From assembly GCA_964016885.1 (NCBI GenBank), contig OZ024752.1, positions 12,462,001 to 12,526,000 on the forward strand: a DNA stretch of 64,000 nt, in the 5' to 3' direction. The position numbers and the translations under genes are program-made. Shown here in pieces: positions 28,059 to 40,915 of the stretch; the first letter of the stretch is position 1, and each line of letters begins with the position of its first letter. The notes beneath the pieces were generated by a model. It worked only from the letters and a program-made list of their open reading frames with translations, was not told the origin of the DNA and ran no database searches. The stretch comes from Eledone cirrhosa (taxonomy: Eukaryota).

Positions 28059-28153
28059 AGAATATAAAACAAAAACGAACACAGATATATACATATATAT
28101 ATGTGTTCAAATCGTGAGGGACCAGATTCGCTAAGGTGTTATATATACCTTTG

Positions 28154-28184
<31 letters not shown>

Positions 28185-28276
28185 CAGTCGATCGACTTTC
28201 GTCAAATCGGATGAGGAAGCAGTGTTTCCGTTGGTCTTTCCAATTGCTAATACTATCTATCGGTCGCAAATCCAGG

Positions 28277-28392
28277 TAGAAGAAACAACGTGAAATAAAG
28301 TGTCTTGCTCAAGGATATAACGCATCGCCCAGTCCAAGAATCGAACTAACAACCTCACGATTGCGAATAAAATTCTCTAACCACTCGGCCAT
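28277..28392 (-). mobile_element. tRNA-derived SINE head fragment
   Basis: Reverse complement has A box tggccgagtgg, B box gttcgattc and ccttgagcaagacacttt, as in 55267-55400. Confidence 0.65.
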
Positions 28393-28478
28393 ATAATAAT
28401 ATTACTGAGAGTAAATTTTCCTCATTTACTAGTTGATTTTTTTTAGCTACATGCAATGATAGGATCATGCAAAGCTGT

Positions 28479-28582
28479 TATATATAGTTACAGTTTGTTT
28501 ACAAACCAAGGAATTTAAGGGTTTAAGCATTTAATAACTAAATGCCTTAAACCCTTAAATTCTTTGGTTTGTGAACAAACTG

Positions 28583-28594
<12 letters not shown>
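28479..28594. repeat. ~55-bp near-perfect hairpin adjoining (TA)n
   Basis: Arms 28479-28533 and 28539-28594. Confidence 0.85.
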
Positions 28595-28626
<32 letters not shown>

Positions 28627-28629
28627 AAT

Positions 28630-28680
28630 GGCTTCTACAGAATTAGAACTGTTTCATTCAGGAGAAGTCATCAGGAAGCC
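28630..28680 (-). ncRNA. Type I hammerhead ribozyme, left arm of a palindrome
   Basis: Reverse complement: ggcttc-CTGATGA-c-ttc(tcct)gaa-t-GAAACAG...CT-GTA-gaagcc. Confidence 0.8.
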
Positions 28681-28724
28681 GACTGTCCAAGTAATATGGA
28701 GGTATTCATTTTACTTGGGCAGTC

Positions 28725-28775
28725 GGCTTCCTGATGATTTCTCCCGAATGAAACAGTTCTAGTCCTGTAGAAGCC
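28725..28775 (+). ncRNA. Type I hammerhead ribozyme, right arm of a palindrome
   Basis: ggcttc-CTGATGA-t-ttc(tccc)gaa-t-GAAAC-ag-ttctagtc-ct-GTA-gaagcc; 6-bp helix I and complete core. Confidence 0.85.
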
Positions 28776-28859
28776 ATTTCTATATTAAATATTTATACTT
28801 TGCTATGTATTGAGTACCATACTTATTGTGGTTACCCCCCGATTGAACCTGGGGTAAAC

Positions 28860-28887
<28 letters not shown>

Positions 28888-28890
<3 letters not shown>

Positions 28891-30410
28891 AGGACCCCCC
28901 CCCCCCCCACAAGAGAGTACTAACGAATATGATTTAGAATGTAGCACAATGGAAAGCATCCAGCAGATAGCTAACTCCATACATCAGAGTATAACTGTAA
29001 TTATTGACTACCCTTCCAAACACCCTAACAATAGACTTCCCGTATTAGACACGGAACTCTGGATTAACACTAGAGACGAGAGGGCCTAAATTCTCCACTC
29101 ACACTACGCTAAACCCATGGCCTCCAAATACCTGATACTCAAAAACTCAGCAATGTCCAGTAGTGCTAAGTTTAATATTCTGATCGCAGACTTGGTACGA
29201 GTGATGAAGAACGTGTCCCGCATGTGCGACCCAACAGAAATGGAAAGACACATCCAATACTTCATCAACCGCATGCAGTTCTCTAGCTACAACCAAAGAG
29301 ACAGAATCAGAGTATACAAAGAAGCCACGGAGAAGTATAAGACCCTCATAGAACTGGACATGAAAGGAATTTGCCCATTATACAGGAGCAAAATCATGGA
29401 ATAGCTTAGATAGGACTAAACATAAGATAGGCAAAGCCCCCTCATGGTACGACAACCAGAGATACCAGAGTGTCATATTTGTGGACGCTACCCCTCGAGG
29501 GAAAACCAATGTAGAAAGACCCTGAGAAAGACCAACTTAAAGATTAAAGTGGTAGATAAGCCAGGAACTACCATAAAATCCCTGATCAGCAAAACATACC
29601 CTTTTAAGAAAACCCACTGTACTAATAAGAAATGTAGTCTATAGCATAAAATGTACAGAGGGTACTTGCAGAAACATGACAACAACATACATAGGCGAGA
29701 CAGCTCGAAGTATAGGAGAAAGAATAGACCAACACTGGGGGGAACTAAAAGGACAAAAAAAAACAGTTCAGTACTATACGAACTCGCCAGACAACAACAC
29801 GACGGTAACATAGACAACATAGAAATTAGAATAAATATCTAAACATAGAAATGACCCAGCAGGTAGGCAAATCAGAGAGGCAAGCGAAATAGAGCTTAGA
29901 AAGCCAGAGCCAAAGAGAAAAAAATGAATGGAATAACAACATCCAAACAAACAATACTGACTTAAGAGAAATATAAATAAATAAATAAATATATACGCAA
30001 GCACAATAACAACAAACACATATAAACACACACTAATAAACTAAGATAGAATACAATAACCAAAACACAGTCACCCAAACACTATAACACACGCAAACGC
30101 ATGCGCAAAGAAGACAAAAATAAATAAATAAATAAACAGATAAAATAAAAATGGCGTAGACATACAATACAACAGGAGGAAACATAATAGTACCACTGAT
30201 GATGTTGCAGATGTGCAACGAAAGAACATTCTTAGACTATATATATGTGTTTATATCTGTATTTTTGACCGTTAAACAATGATTGCCGAATGAATTAACT
30301 GTGGAGATATAAAAGATACAGAAGCGAAAACCAACCAATTAGTGAGTGTGTTCTGTTATTATTTCTGGCAATATTATTACAACAATATAACCCTCCCCAA
30401 GTATAACAAT
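28888..30410 (+). mobile_element. Decayed 5'-truncated copy of the Neptune-type PLE
   Basis: Colinear with 49323-50968 (MASKYLILKNSAMSSSAKFNILIADLVRVMKNVS...); has stops and frameshifts; flanked by (TA)n; hammerhead-like core at 30196-30223. Confidence 0.92.
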
Positions 30411-31020
30411 ATATATATATATATGGGATAACAAATTATCGCTATAAATTCAGGAAACTTAGCATGGCACTACATAGGTTCTACGGCGGGGGAGTTAAAA
30501 AAAAGATGGTACGAACCGTAGACTAATGAACACAACAACGCTCACCAATAAAATCTGGCAGCTTAAAGATACAAACCAAGAATACTGAATTAGCTGGTCG
30601 AAACTGTCAGGGACAAAGGCGTACAAAACTGGAATGTCCCATCCCACTGCGGACTTTGCAATATGGAGTTGCTCTATATTTTAAAATATGACAAAATGCT
30701 GCTTAACAGAAAAATTGAACGGTCAATTTTCTGTAGGCATAAAGCAGCTACTAAATTCGCTAATTTCAAACCAACTTGATTCGACCCAACAATTCCATAA
30801 TTCAAATTGTACCACCTGAGTCTATTATAATAACCCATTACTGTCAATAAATCAACTAATCAATGAATCAACATCATGACCTCCTAACTATTCTCTCTTT
30901 CACTCTCTTTCCCTAAATATATTTCACCTCTTACATTATATCCTATCGTATTCTCTTCACTTCTAACATAACTTCCAATTTATTAATGTATTGATGTAAC
31001 CAATACATGTATGTATATCA

Positions 31021-32253
31021 TCTATATATATATAAAGCTGTGGTTGTCTGTCTGTCTATCGATTTTTGGCACACATCTCCTCTTAGAATCTCTGACGGAA
31101 TTGCACCGAAATTGCTATACTTGTACATTGAGCCCTAGCGAAGACATCGGAAAAAAATATTTCAAATTGACCCACCCTATGTGACGAAATCGAATCTAAT
31201 GTATCGATTTTTGAGCGTAAGTGACGAGTTATTTCCATATGTTCTATATATATAAAGCTGTGGTTGTCTGTCTGTCTATCGATTTTTGGCACACATCTCC
31301 TCTTAGAATCTCTGACGGAATTGCACCGAAATTGCTATACTTGTACATTGAGCCCTAGCGAAGACATCGGAAAAAAAATATTTCAAATTGACCCACCCTA
31401 TGTGACGAAATCGAATCTAATGTATCGATTTTTGAGCGTAAGTGACGAGTTATTTCCCTTTGTTCTGTTTACATTGAGCGTCTTACGTTCTGAGCGTCTT
31501 ACGTTCTGTTTACATTTTCTGCGTGCAAAAATTAAAAAAATTACGCTGGCTTTCTCAGCGTTTAAAATGACATTAACACAATACACGAACAGTTGTCGAG
31601 CCAGCAAAATTTTGACCTGCAAAATTCATCAGTTCGAACACTAAGCTTCCGTTTTGCTTCATTTCCATTTAAAAGCCTTTTAAAACAATATTTTTACTTG
31701 AAAACAAGTCTATTTAAAGACTACGTAAAACAAGCAAATATTTCGTAAAAAAAAGCAAAAATTATATAAGTTTATTTAAAATATATGTATCTGTAAATTT
31801 CGTTAGGCGTGCAGACAGACAGTCGTGCAGACAGATAGTCGTGCAGAGAGGTGATATAGGCGTGCAGACATACAGTCGTGCAGAGAGGTGATATAGGCGT
31901 GCAGACAGACAGTCGTGCAGAGAGGTGATATAGGCGTGCAGACAGACATAACTGATAATTTGGTTACGCTAATGTTTTTCTCTGCGTTGCAGTGTTTACA
32001 TTTTCGATTTTTGTTAATAAATAACCAGTGCAGTTTTTATCCCCAGCATCCTCTTTTGTTATAACATTCGGGTTATCGTTATGTTTTCTTAACTTCATAA
32101 GGCATATTGTTGGTTGAGGGAATATTAATCAAAAACACCACATGCAAGTCTGCACAGTAGACACTACAGTTTTTAAGCCAAAAAAGAAACTTAACATTGT
32201 AACTTTAACACAGCTACTGAGCGACCCCGAGCAACGCCGGGCTTTACTGCTAG
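31021..32253 (+). mobile_element. Non-autonomous Helitron with a 223-bp tandem duplication of its 5' end
   Basis: 5' TC-tatatata-aagctg start, repeated at 31244. 3' cccgagcaacgccggg hairpin followed by CTAG. Internal 37-bp repeats at ~31806-31950. Confidence 0.8.
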
Positions 32254-32257
32254 TAAT

Positions 32258-33537
32258 CTATAAAGCTCAGTGTGTGGTCATGCTCCTTTCTTATAGAAAT
32301 TTACGATATAGAATTTCTTCAATTGAAATTTACAATTCAGTATTCGAAATAGTTTCGATTGCGTCTTGGCACATCTCATTTTTTCAATTTCATTCACAAT
32401 TACGCAAAAAATAGATAAAACTCAATATTTTACGATTTTTCTCTGTCATTTAAACTGCTAAACTCTTTTCACTACCATTCAAAATCTATACAACTTCATA
32501 CTTTCTGCTACTTTCTCTTTCCAAGCTTGATGGTGATACTGTCCGTATTACTCTGTCATATCATCTGCTTACCTCTATCTACAACCCACACATTTTGCTA
32601 CTTTCTCTTTTATACTTCAAATTATTACATTTCATACGAAACGACAATTATTCAAAAGCAACAGATACATTTATTCAACAACAAGCGATAAATATTTTTT
32701 AAAACCTCTTTTCCAAACGCATACAAACACACACTCACTTCAACAACAACAACAACAATCTGCCTTTTATAGATAATGATAAACAATAATATCCTCTATG
32801 AGGTCACTAAACCTGCTAGAAACAGCAGCTAACTCTCCCCCATACCACACCCCTCCCTACTGTCTTAAATTTAGAAAACATATCTTCTATGAGGTCACTA
32901 AACCTGCTAGAAACAGCAGCTAACTCTCCCCCATATCACACCACTCCCTACTGTCTTAAATTTAGAAAACACATATCCTCTATGAGGTTATTAAACCTGC
33001 TAGAAACAGCAGCTAACTCTCCTCCATATCACACCCATCCCTACTGTCTTAAATTTAGAAAACATATCTTCTATGAGGTCACTAAACCTGCTAGAAACAG
33101 CAGCTAACTCTCCTCCATATCACACCACTCCCTACTGTTTTGAATTTAGAAAACACATATCCTCTATGAGGTCACTAAACCTGCTAGAAACAACAGCTAA
33201 CTCTCCCTCATATCACAACCCTCCCTACTGTCTGAAATTTAGAAAACACACAGACAACCATGCAGAACAACTCCATCGCAGCTCTATTGTTCGGCTGGCA
33301 TCGTCTACGCGCGTGTTGCGCAAGTACTGTGAAACAATAAATTTCAACACATTTTTTGCACAGAGATAATATCCATAGGCGAAACTACAATTGTCACTGC
33401 TGGCGCAGCTCCTGCTTCCAGGTCTGCAATTCATTCACCCAGTGCCTGGCAGACAAAAAAGTGCTGCCATAAAATGGGTGGTGCAACCTAACTTTGGTAA
33501 CTTAATGACCCCGAGCAACGCCGGGCTTTAATGCTAG
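32258..33537 (+). mobile_element. Second non-autonomous Helitron in tandem, carrying five ~91-93-bp repeats
   Basis: Starts tctataaagct and ends gaccccgagcaacgccgggctttaatgctag. Repeats at ~32792-33250. Confidence 0.7.
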
Positions 33538-33826
33538 TATTTAATATTTTCATGTTTATACCATCACATCTTTATATTTTAACCACCAACACCACAACTA
33601 TTTTCAAAAAAATCATATTGTTTACTTTTCTTCGCACACATAAATTTTTTAATTTATTTTTTATCATCTTCATTATAACTTATTTATTATTATTTATTTA
33701 TTATTTTTCTTTTTTTTTTTTCTTCATTCTTTTTCTCGCTATCTTTTTCTTTTTTTTCTTTCTTTATTATTGATGTTGTCATTTGAATTTGCCTAGTATA
33801 TTACAAAGGCCGTGTATAATTTTAAT

Positions 33827-33939
33827 CAGTTTTTCTGATGATTTGGTTAAGCATACATTGTATTTAAAATTGAGTGACACAACTTCAAGTGATTAGCAAT
33901 TTTTAGACAACTTAATCAATGAAACAATTGTTAATACTG
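33827..33939 (+). ncRNA. Type I hammerhead motif with a long loop II
   Basis: cagttttt-CTGATGA-t-ttggttaag...cttaatcaa-t-GAAAC-aatt-GTT-aatactg; 9-bp helix II, imperfect helix I. Confidence 0.65.
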
Positions 33940-33986
33940 TAAATAAAACCCTTTTTGTACTCTTGACCATGTTATTCTTCACTCTT

Positions 33987-34018
<32 letters not shown>

Positions 34019-34027
34019 ACATTATAT

Positions 34028-34616
34028 AGAGCCTAGTTCTCATACTTTGAGCTCACTAATTACAGGGTATTAATATGAGTTTTTAACTCCAGGTTTTCAT
34101 TTGAATTCGGCTCCTAACGATCTTTTTCGTCCTCTGTTGAACCTTTGAAGTTGAGTGGCCTTAGGCTGCCATTTCTTGCCATTTTACGATCCACTCATGC
34201 ACTATGTGCTGTCTGTCGCACGAGGTTTCACTCGTTTTCTTACTATATCACGTGCGATATTTAGTTAGCGGAATTATCTCTAGGTGTGCTGTTCATATAA
34301 CCCTTACTCCTGTTGAGAAACCCTGAGATTCTATGACACAGCCACTAATTTTCGGGGAAACAAACTCTATCTGTAGTTTGTCCAGGAATTTAATAGTTAT
34401 TGATATAGTTATTACATTATAATTCACTTTTTCCTGTTATTATGTACTTTCCGTAGATTATATGCATTGCACCAAAGTGGTTTTCACTCCATGTAATTTC
34501 AAATACACGTCTTTGTGTGTTCATTTCTATATATTATATTGTAAAGAGCCCAGTTCTTATACTTTGAGTTCCTTAATTACAGGGTAGTAACGCAAGTTTT
34601 TAACTCCGGTTTTTCA

Positions 34617-34618
<2 letters not shown>
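34028..34618 (+). mobile_element. Non-coding, terminally redundant hammerhead-bearing element (~517-bp monomer) in (TA)n
   Basis: 34028-34101 is imperfectly repeated at 34545-34618; (TA)n on both sides; hammerhead at 34308-34387. Confidence 0.7.
34308..34387 (+). ncRNA. Type I hammerhead ribozyme, U3-A8 core variant
   Basis: tcctg-TTGAGAA-a-ccctgaga...ttttcggg-GAAA-caaact(ctatctgt)agtttg-TC-cagga; all three helices pair; GUC site. Confidence 0.78.
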
Positions 34619-34682
<64 letters not shown>

Positions 34683-34698
34683 AAAGCGTGGGAGAGAA

Positions 34699-36301
34699 TC
34701 TATATTATGAAGCTGACGGCCGTATGTATGTAACAAACTTTTCGCCAAACGGCTGGACCAAACAGCACCAAATTTGCACCCTAACTTTTCCCAAGTAAGA
34801 AAGTGAAGGTATTTTTGTCTACTAAATTTGGTTAAAAGATTAAAGATATTTTATTGTTTATTTAAATATTCACTTCTTTAAAATTTTAAATGTCAACACT
34901 TCCGGTTAGCGATCTCTTTCTTTCTTAGTCTGTCTTTTTAGATAGATACGCAGCTATAACGTCGCGCCCTTATAATATCTGTCTGTATGTCTGCATTACG
35001 AAAACCATTCTGTACATTGACTTCGTTATCTGTGTGTGTGTGTGTATTTATAGTGTGTGTATATATATATATATAGTGTGTGTATATATATAGTGTTAGT
35101 ATCATAAATAAGAGACAGTTTAATTTGTACATTTTATTACAGCATCCCTTTATACGTATATATACATACATAAACATGTTATTTACAGTTGTATAAAAAA
35201 TAAGTATAATTGCTTCTACTTTTGGCACAAGGCCAGCAATTATTCCAGTACATTACTGGTATTTTATTATATATAGTATATATAATACGACATTCCTCTC
35301 TCTTTCTTACTCTGTCTTTTTAGATATATACATAGCTATAACGTCGCGCCCTTATAATATCTCTGTATGTCTGCCTGTCTGCATTGACTTCGCTTCTAAC
35401 CGAGTTTTAATTATATATATATATATAAATAATAATATATTCGTATACATATTTTCAACAGTAATACTATACTATATATTTTCAACATGGATACTGTACT
35501 GTACTATATATTTCCAACAGTAATACTGTACTGTACTATATATTTTCAACAGTAATACTATACTATATATTTTCAACAGTAATACTATATGTATTCAACA
35601 GTTATACTATATGTATTCAACAGTTATACTATACTACACAGGCGGCTTATCGTCTGTTTATCCAAGCGAAACTAGCTACGTCAGCTATATATATATATAT
35701 ATGGATGCCGTAGAACACACCAATGGTAGCCGGACGCCTGCCGGACGGGCCAGATAGTCTATATTATAAAGCTGACGGCCGTATGTATGTAACAAACTTT
35801 TCGCCAAACGGCTGAACCAAAAAGCACCAAATTTGCACCATAGATGTAACTTTTTCCAAGTAAGAAAGTGAGGGTATTTTTGTCTTCTAAATTTCGTTAA
35901 AAGATTAAAGATATTTTATCGTTTATTTAAATATTCACTTCTTTAAAATTTTCAAATGTCAACACTTCCGGTTATACGACATTCCTCTCTCTTTCTTAGT
36001 CTGTCTTTTTAGATAGATACATAGCTATAACGTCGCGCCCTTATAATATGTCTCTGTATGTCTGCATTAGATTTATAGCTATAACGTCGCACGCTTATAA
36101 TATCTGTCTGTCTGGCTGCCTGTCTTTCCGTTCATTGCCAGGGAACGTCTTCACGAACCAAAGTATCGTCTTCCTGTTTTCCTTCGGTTGCAACGTTTTT
36201 CGAAACATTTACTTCTGCGTTCACAGATTGATTTTTTTTAGTATCAGAAGATCCCGTTAGGGGTGAAAGCAGCAATTCTTTGCTTAAACTTTAATCTGTT
36301 A

Positions 36302-36353
<52 letters not shown>

Positions 36354-36843
36354 TATATTCGTGTACAGATATTTTTACATACACAAAAACAAATATAAAC
36401 AAACGTATTTATTTCACGAAAGCACAGACTGCTTATCGTCATTGTTACTGGCGATATGCCACCCAAAAAAGTCCCAGCCTGGCCGTAAGATCAGATTTTC
36501 CAGAAAAAAGTTGCTGGCCTTCATTTGGGAAAACCATGCTTCTCCCATGGTCAATTGTATGTAGGATGCTCTAGGGTGAGCTCGCCAAATAATCTCTTCT
36601 TCTTTGCTCCTGAGGGCCGAACAAAAAAATATTGTATACTCTGAGGCTCTAACAATGTAATTATTGTATTTTCTGTTACTTGGAATTTCCATTATGGTTG
36701 TACAAATTATTGTAAAGTTTGTTAAAAAATGTGTTCCCTGTTCAGCCTTTACTGTTGTAACTATCAATTTTCTTTAACGTACTGGAGTGGATTGGGGAAT
36801 CCTGAAAAGATAAATTGCCAGTATACCTAGCCGGGCCAGCTAG
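34699..36843 (+). mobile_element. Cluster of non-autonomous or internally deleted Helitrons
   Basis: 5' ends tctatattat.aagctgacggccg at 34699 and 35758 (also at 7724). 3' ends at ~35757 and 36843 (CTAG). 36540-36600 encodes the Pif1 motif FSHGQLYVGCSRV. Confidence 0.65.
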
Positions 36844-37619
36844 TGTATTTTCCAAAGTTCACACACTTATATCAATAACATTATTGTTTTTAGTTCTTAC
36901 AGAATAAAAATATAAGCTCACATATAAACACATGTAAGAAATACAATGTAATTATTGTTTACGAACCTCAAAAATGTAATGAACAAAATTAAATTGTCAA
37001 AGCAAGATTAGATGTTGTCTTCCTGTTTCTTCTACAACTACAACGGTACGCGATGGGGCCCACCCACAGCCCCGGCGAACAGAATGGAAGGATGTGAAAG
37101 GACCCGAAAAACCGACTATAAAATTGTGACTAACAGACGATAAACAACTTATAAACCACGTTAGTGAAACAAACCGCCCTAGGTTATACGATACAAAACT
37201 GTTTTTAAATGTTTATATTTTTATTATTCGCTGTTGTATAAATATCATTACAAATCCTTACAGAATGAACATATAAAACACACAATTAATCATTGTTAGG
37301 AACCTCACACATATAATACACAAACATATATGAAATACGTGGCCTCGTTTGCCTTTAAAATGTGAGGGGCGGGGGGACAACCCAACATTTGTTGATTCTT
37401 AAAGGAGCATATGGTGCCTTTCCCAGACCCTATCACATAAGTAATATTTTACGCTAATTAAATTTTATATATTCAAATGAAGCTCAGATATTAAAAATAA
37501 GCTTTAAAAGAATTTATTATATCAAATAAACAAAAAATAAAATATAGACGTTTGAAAAAGTGGGGGGGGGGGGGCTTGTCCCCTGGTACCCTCCTGAAAC
37601 AAGGCCCTTGCTCACGGGC

Positions 37620-37935
37620 ATCACCTGACACTTTGGATGACAAGAATTTCTCTGTTAGTGGCCCACCTCCACCAAATGTCTCGAATGTCACAGGCTGGAA
37701 AATATAGTCATTTGATAGTTCCCGGTATTTTAGGATTTTATTCCATTCAAGCAACAGAAGTAGTAACCCTCACAATTACTGCGACATCCATGATGTGGGA
37801 GGGAACAAAAGAGTCACTGACTGTGGCGTCCGAGATGAGACATCTACCTCTTACCCAGGGTTAGACCGACTAGTCTCTTCCCATCACTTCTCGATAATCC
37901 AGCTGGCTCCAGAACTGGATATTCAGCTGAGCTCA
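37620..37935 (-). mobile_element. CRE-like RLE domain fragment
   Basis: Translates to ..DATVSDSFVPSHI...KILKYRELSNDYIFQPVTFETFGGGGP.. Confidence 0.65.
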
Positions 37936-38310
37936 TATCATCATATCTTGTCGCGCCAGTGCCGTATCCATTGAAGTGCAGCGTCGTTTGCTTCCATCAG
38001 GTCTTGGTCGGAGCATATGGGTCCCAGTGAGCACCCACGGAGGATGTGGGCTATGGTCTGGGAGGTCTCGCCGCAGGGGCACTCAGCGCAGGTGGCCAAT
38101 CCCCACTTGTGGAGGTTGTCACCCGTTTTGGCTCTGGCCCTGTTTAGGGTTACCCAGTCCTTTCTGCTAAGAGATGTTCCATTGGGGAGGCTTTCATTTG
38201 GGCTTGGTAAGGCCGCGTTGGGTGGGCGGCGGTCACTCTCCCTCCATTTTTCCAACCTGTAAGCCGCCAATTGTGAATACTCCAGGCTATCCACGGTTAA
38301 GAAGCTTTTT
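37935..38310 (-). mobile_element. Ingi/Vingi-like LINE 3' end with CCHC zinc knuckle
   Basis: ORF 37941-38294: LSRKDWVTLNRAR...LHKWG...CPCGE..QTIAHILRGC. Confidence 0.7.
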
Positions 38311-38745
38311 CGAAATTTTGGAAAAAAAAAAAAAAAATGTTTAAGAATCTCAAAAGATACTCCAAAAAAACCATTTTTAAAAAATACTTAAACTATTTAA
38401 AATGTTTAAAATTATTCAAAAATACTTAAAATATTTAAAAATATTTAAAAATATTTAAAACCTTTAAAAAATACTTTAAAAATCTAAAATAAAATATTTT
38501 TAAGATAATAAATCTAAAATAAAATATTTTTAAGATAATAATTTTTTAAGAAATAAGTGATTTTTTAAAAAGTAAGTAATTTTTAAATAAATGAGATATT
38601 TTAGAAGTAAAAATAAAAAAAAGTTAAAGATTTAAGCAGTAAAAAATAAAGATGTAAAAATATTAAGCAGTAAAGGATAAAGATTTAATAAGTAAAAAAT
38701 AAGTAAAAATATTAAAATTAAAATTAAAATTAAAGATTTACGTTC

Positions 38746-39537
<792 letters not shown>

Positions 39538-39544
39538 GTGTGTT

Positions 39545-39691
<147 letters not shown>

Positions 39692-39716
39692 ATATATATA
39701 TATATGTGTGTGTGTG

Positions 39717-39767
<51 letters not shown>

Positions 39768-39776
39768 ATATATATA

Positions 39777-39827
<51 letters not shown>

Positions 39828-40150
39828 ATGTATACATATATGTGTGTGTGTGTCTGTATATATGTGTTATATTTTGTATTATTTTTGTTTTACTTTATTA
39901 TTATTTTAATTTTTTTTACTATCGTTAAATGCTTTATTTGTTCCTGTGTGACCTCATGTGCTTCCGCCCCTTGTGAGAAAATCTGCCTATATCCTCATAT
40001 GTAGCTGTAATGTTGAATAACAACGCCATTACACATTATCTCTATCCCTTCCATTTCCGATCTCCCTATTATTATCCTGTACTGTATTTCTAATGTTCGA
40101 GTGACTAAGCTTGGTAGAGCTTATACTCAGCACTATATTTTTGTTTATAA

Positions 40151-40197
40151 AGCTCTGATGATTCCTGCCCCATGGTATGGATGAAACATTGTGAGCA
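40151..40197 (+). ncRNA. Degenerate hammerhead motif
   Basis: gct-CTGATGA-ttcc-tgcc(ccat)ggta-tgga-t-GAAAC-att-GTG-agc; the cleavage triplet is non-canonical. Confidence 0.5.
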
Positions 40198-40430
40198 AAT
40201 AAAAATTGTATGAGTATGTAGGCGTTCTTTGATTTCTTTTACATATATATGTATATTTATTTTTTACTTTATCTGAATGTGTGTATGTGTGTGTATATGT
40301 ATGTACACACATGTCTTTTTCTAGATTTCTATATATTTTTATTTATTATTTTTTATATATTATTTTTCCAGCCTCACTTCCAATTTTTAACAGATTTTAA
40401 ATCTCATTTCATATCTTTTATCCATAACCT

Positions 40431-40494
40431 CTCTGTCTGACGACCGATCCAGACGAATATTAATATTGTGATACAGAAACCTTTGGTAATGGAG
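40431..40494 (+). ncRNA. Type I hammerhead motif
   Basis: ctctgt-CTGACGA-...-GAAAC-ctttg-GTA-atggag; helices I and III pair, helix II is eroded. Confidence 0.65.
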
Positions 40495-40521
40495 TAGTTA
40501 TATTTTGTGTTGATCACTTTC

Positions 40522-40556
<35 letters not shown>

Positions 40557-40557
40557 A

Positions 40558-40629
<72 letters not shown>

Positions 40630-40633
<4 letters not shown>

Positions 40634-40915
40634 CTATTCAAAATATTAATAAACGAAAAATATTCTCATAATCAAAATATATATTTTATTATACATATTT
40701 CAAAGGTACAATGGTGTTTAAGTACGTTTTCATCAGATAAAATATATAAGAGATTTATCTGATGAAAACGTACTTAAACACCATTGTATCTTTGAAATAT
40801 GTATAATAAAATATATATTTTGATTATGAGAATATTTTACATTTATTAATATTTTGGATAATATTAAATACTCCAGATAAATTTATTGTCGAGTGCTTCT
40901 AATCTGTTGTAAAAT
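40630..40915. repeat. ~110-bp inverted repeat with tail, holding two hammerheads (40684-40741 minus, 40754-40810 plus)
   Basis: tttat-CTGATGA-aaacgtac...gta(c/t)cttt-GAAA-tatgt-ATA-ataaa in both arms; same family as 61059-61121. Confidence 0.8.
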
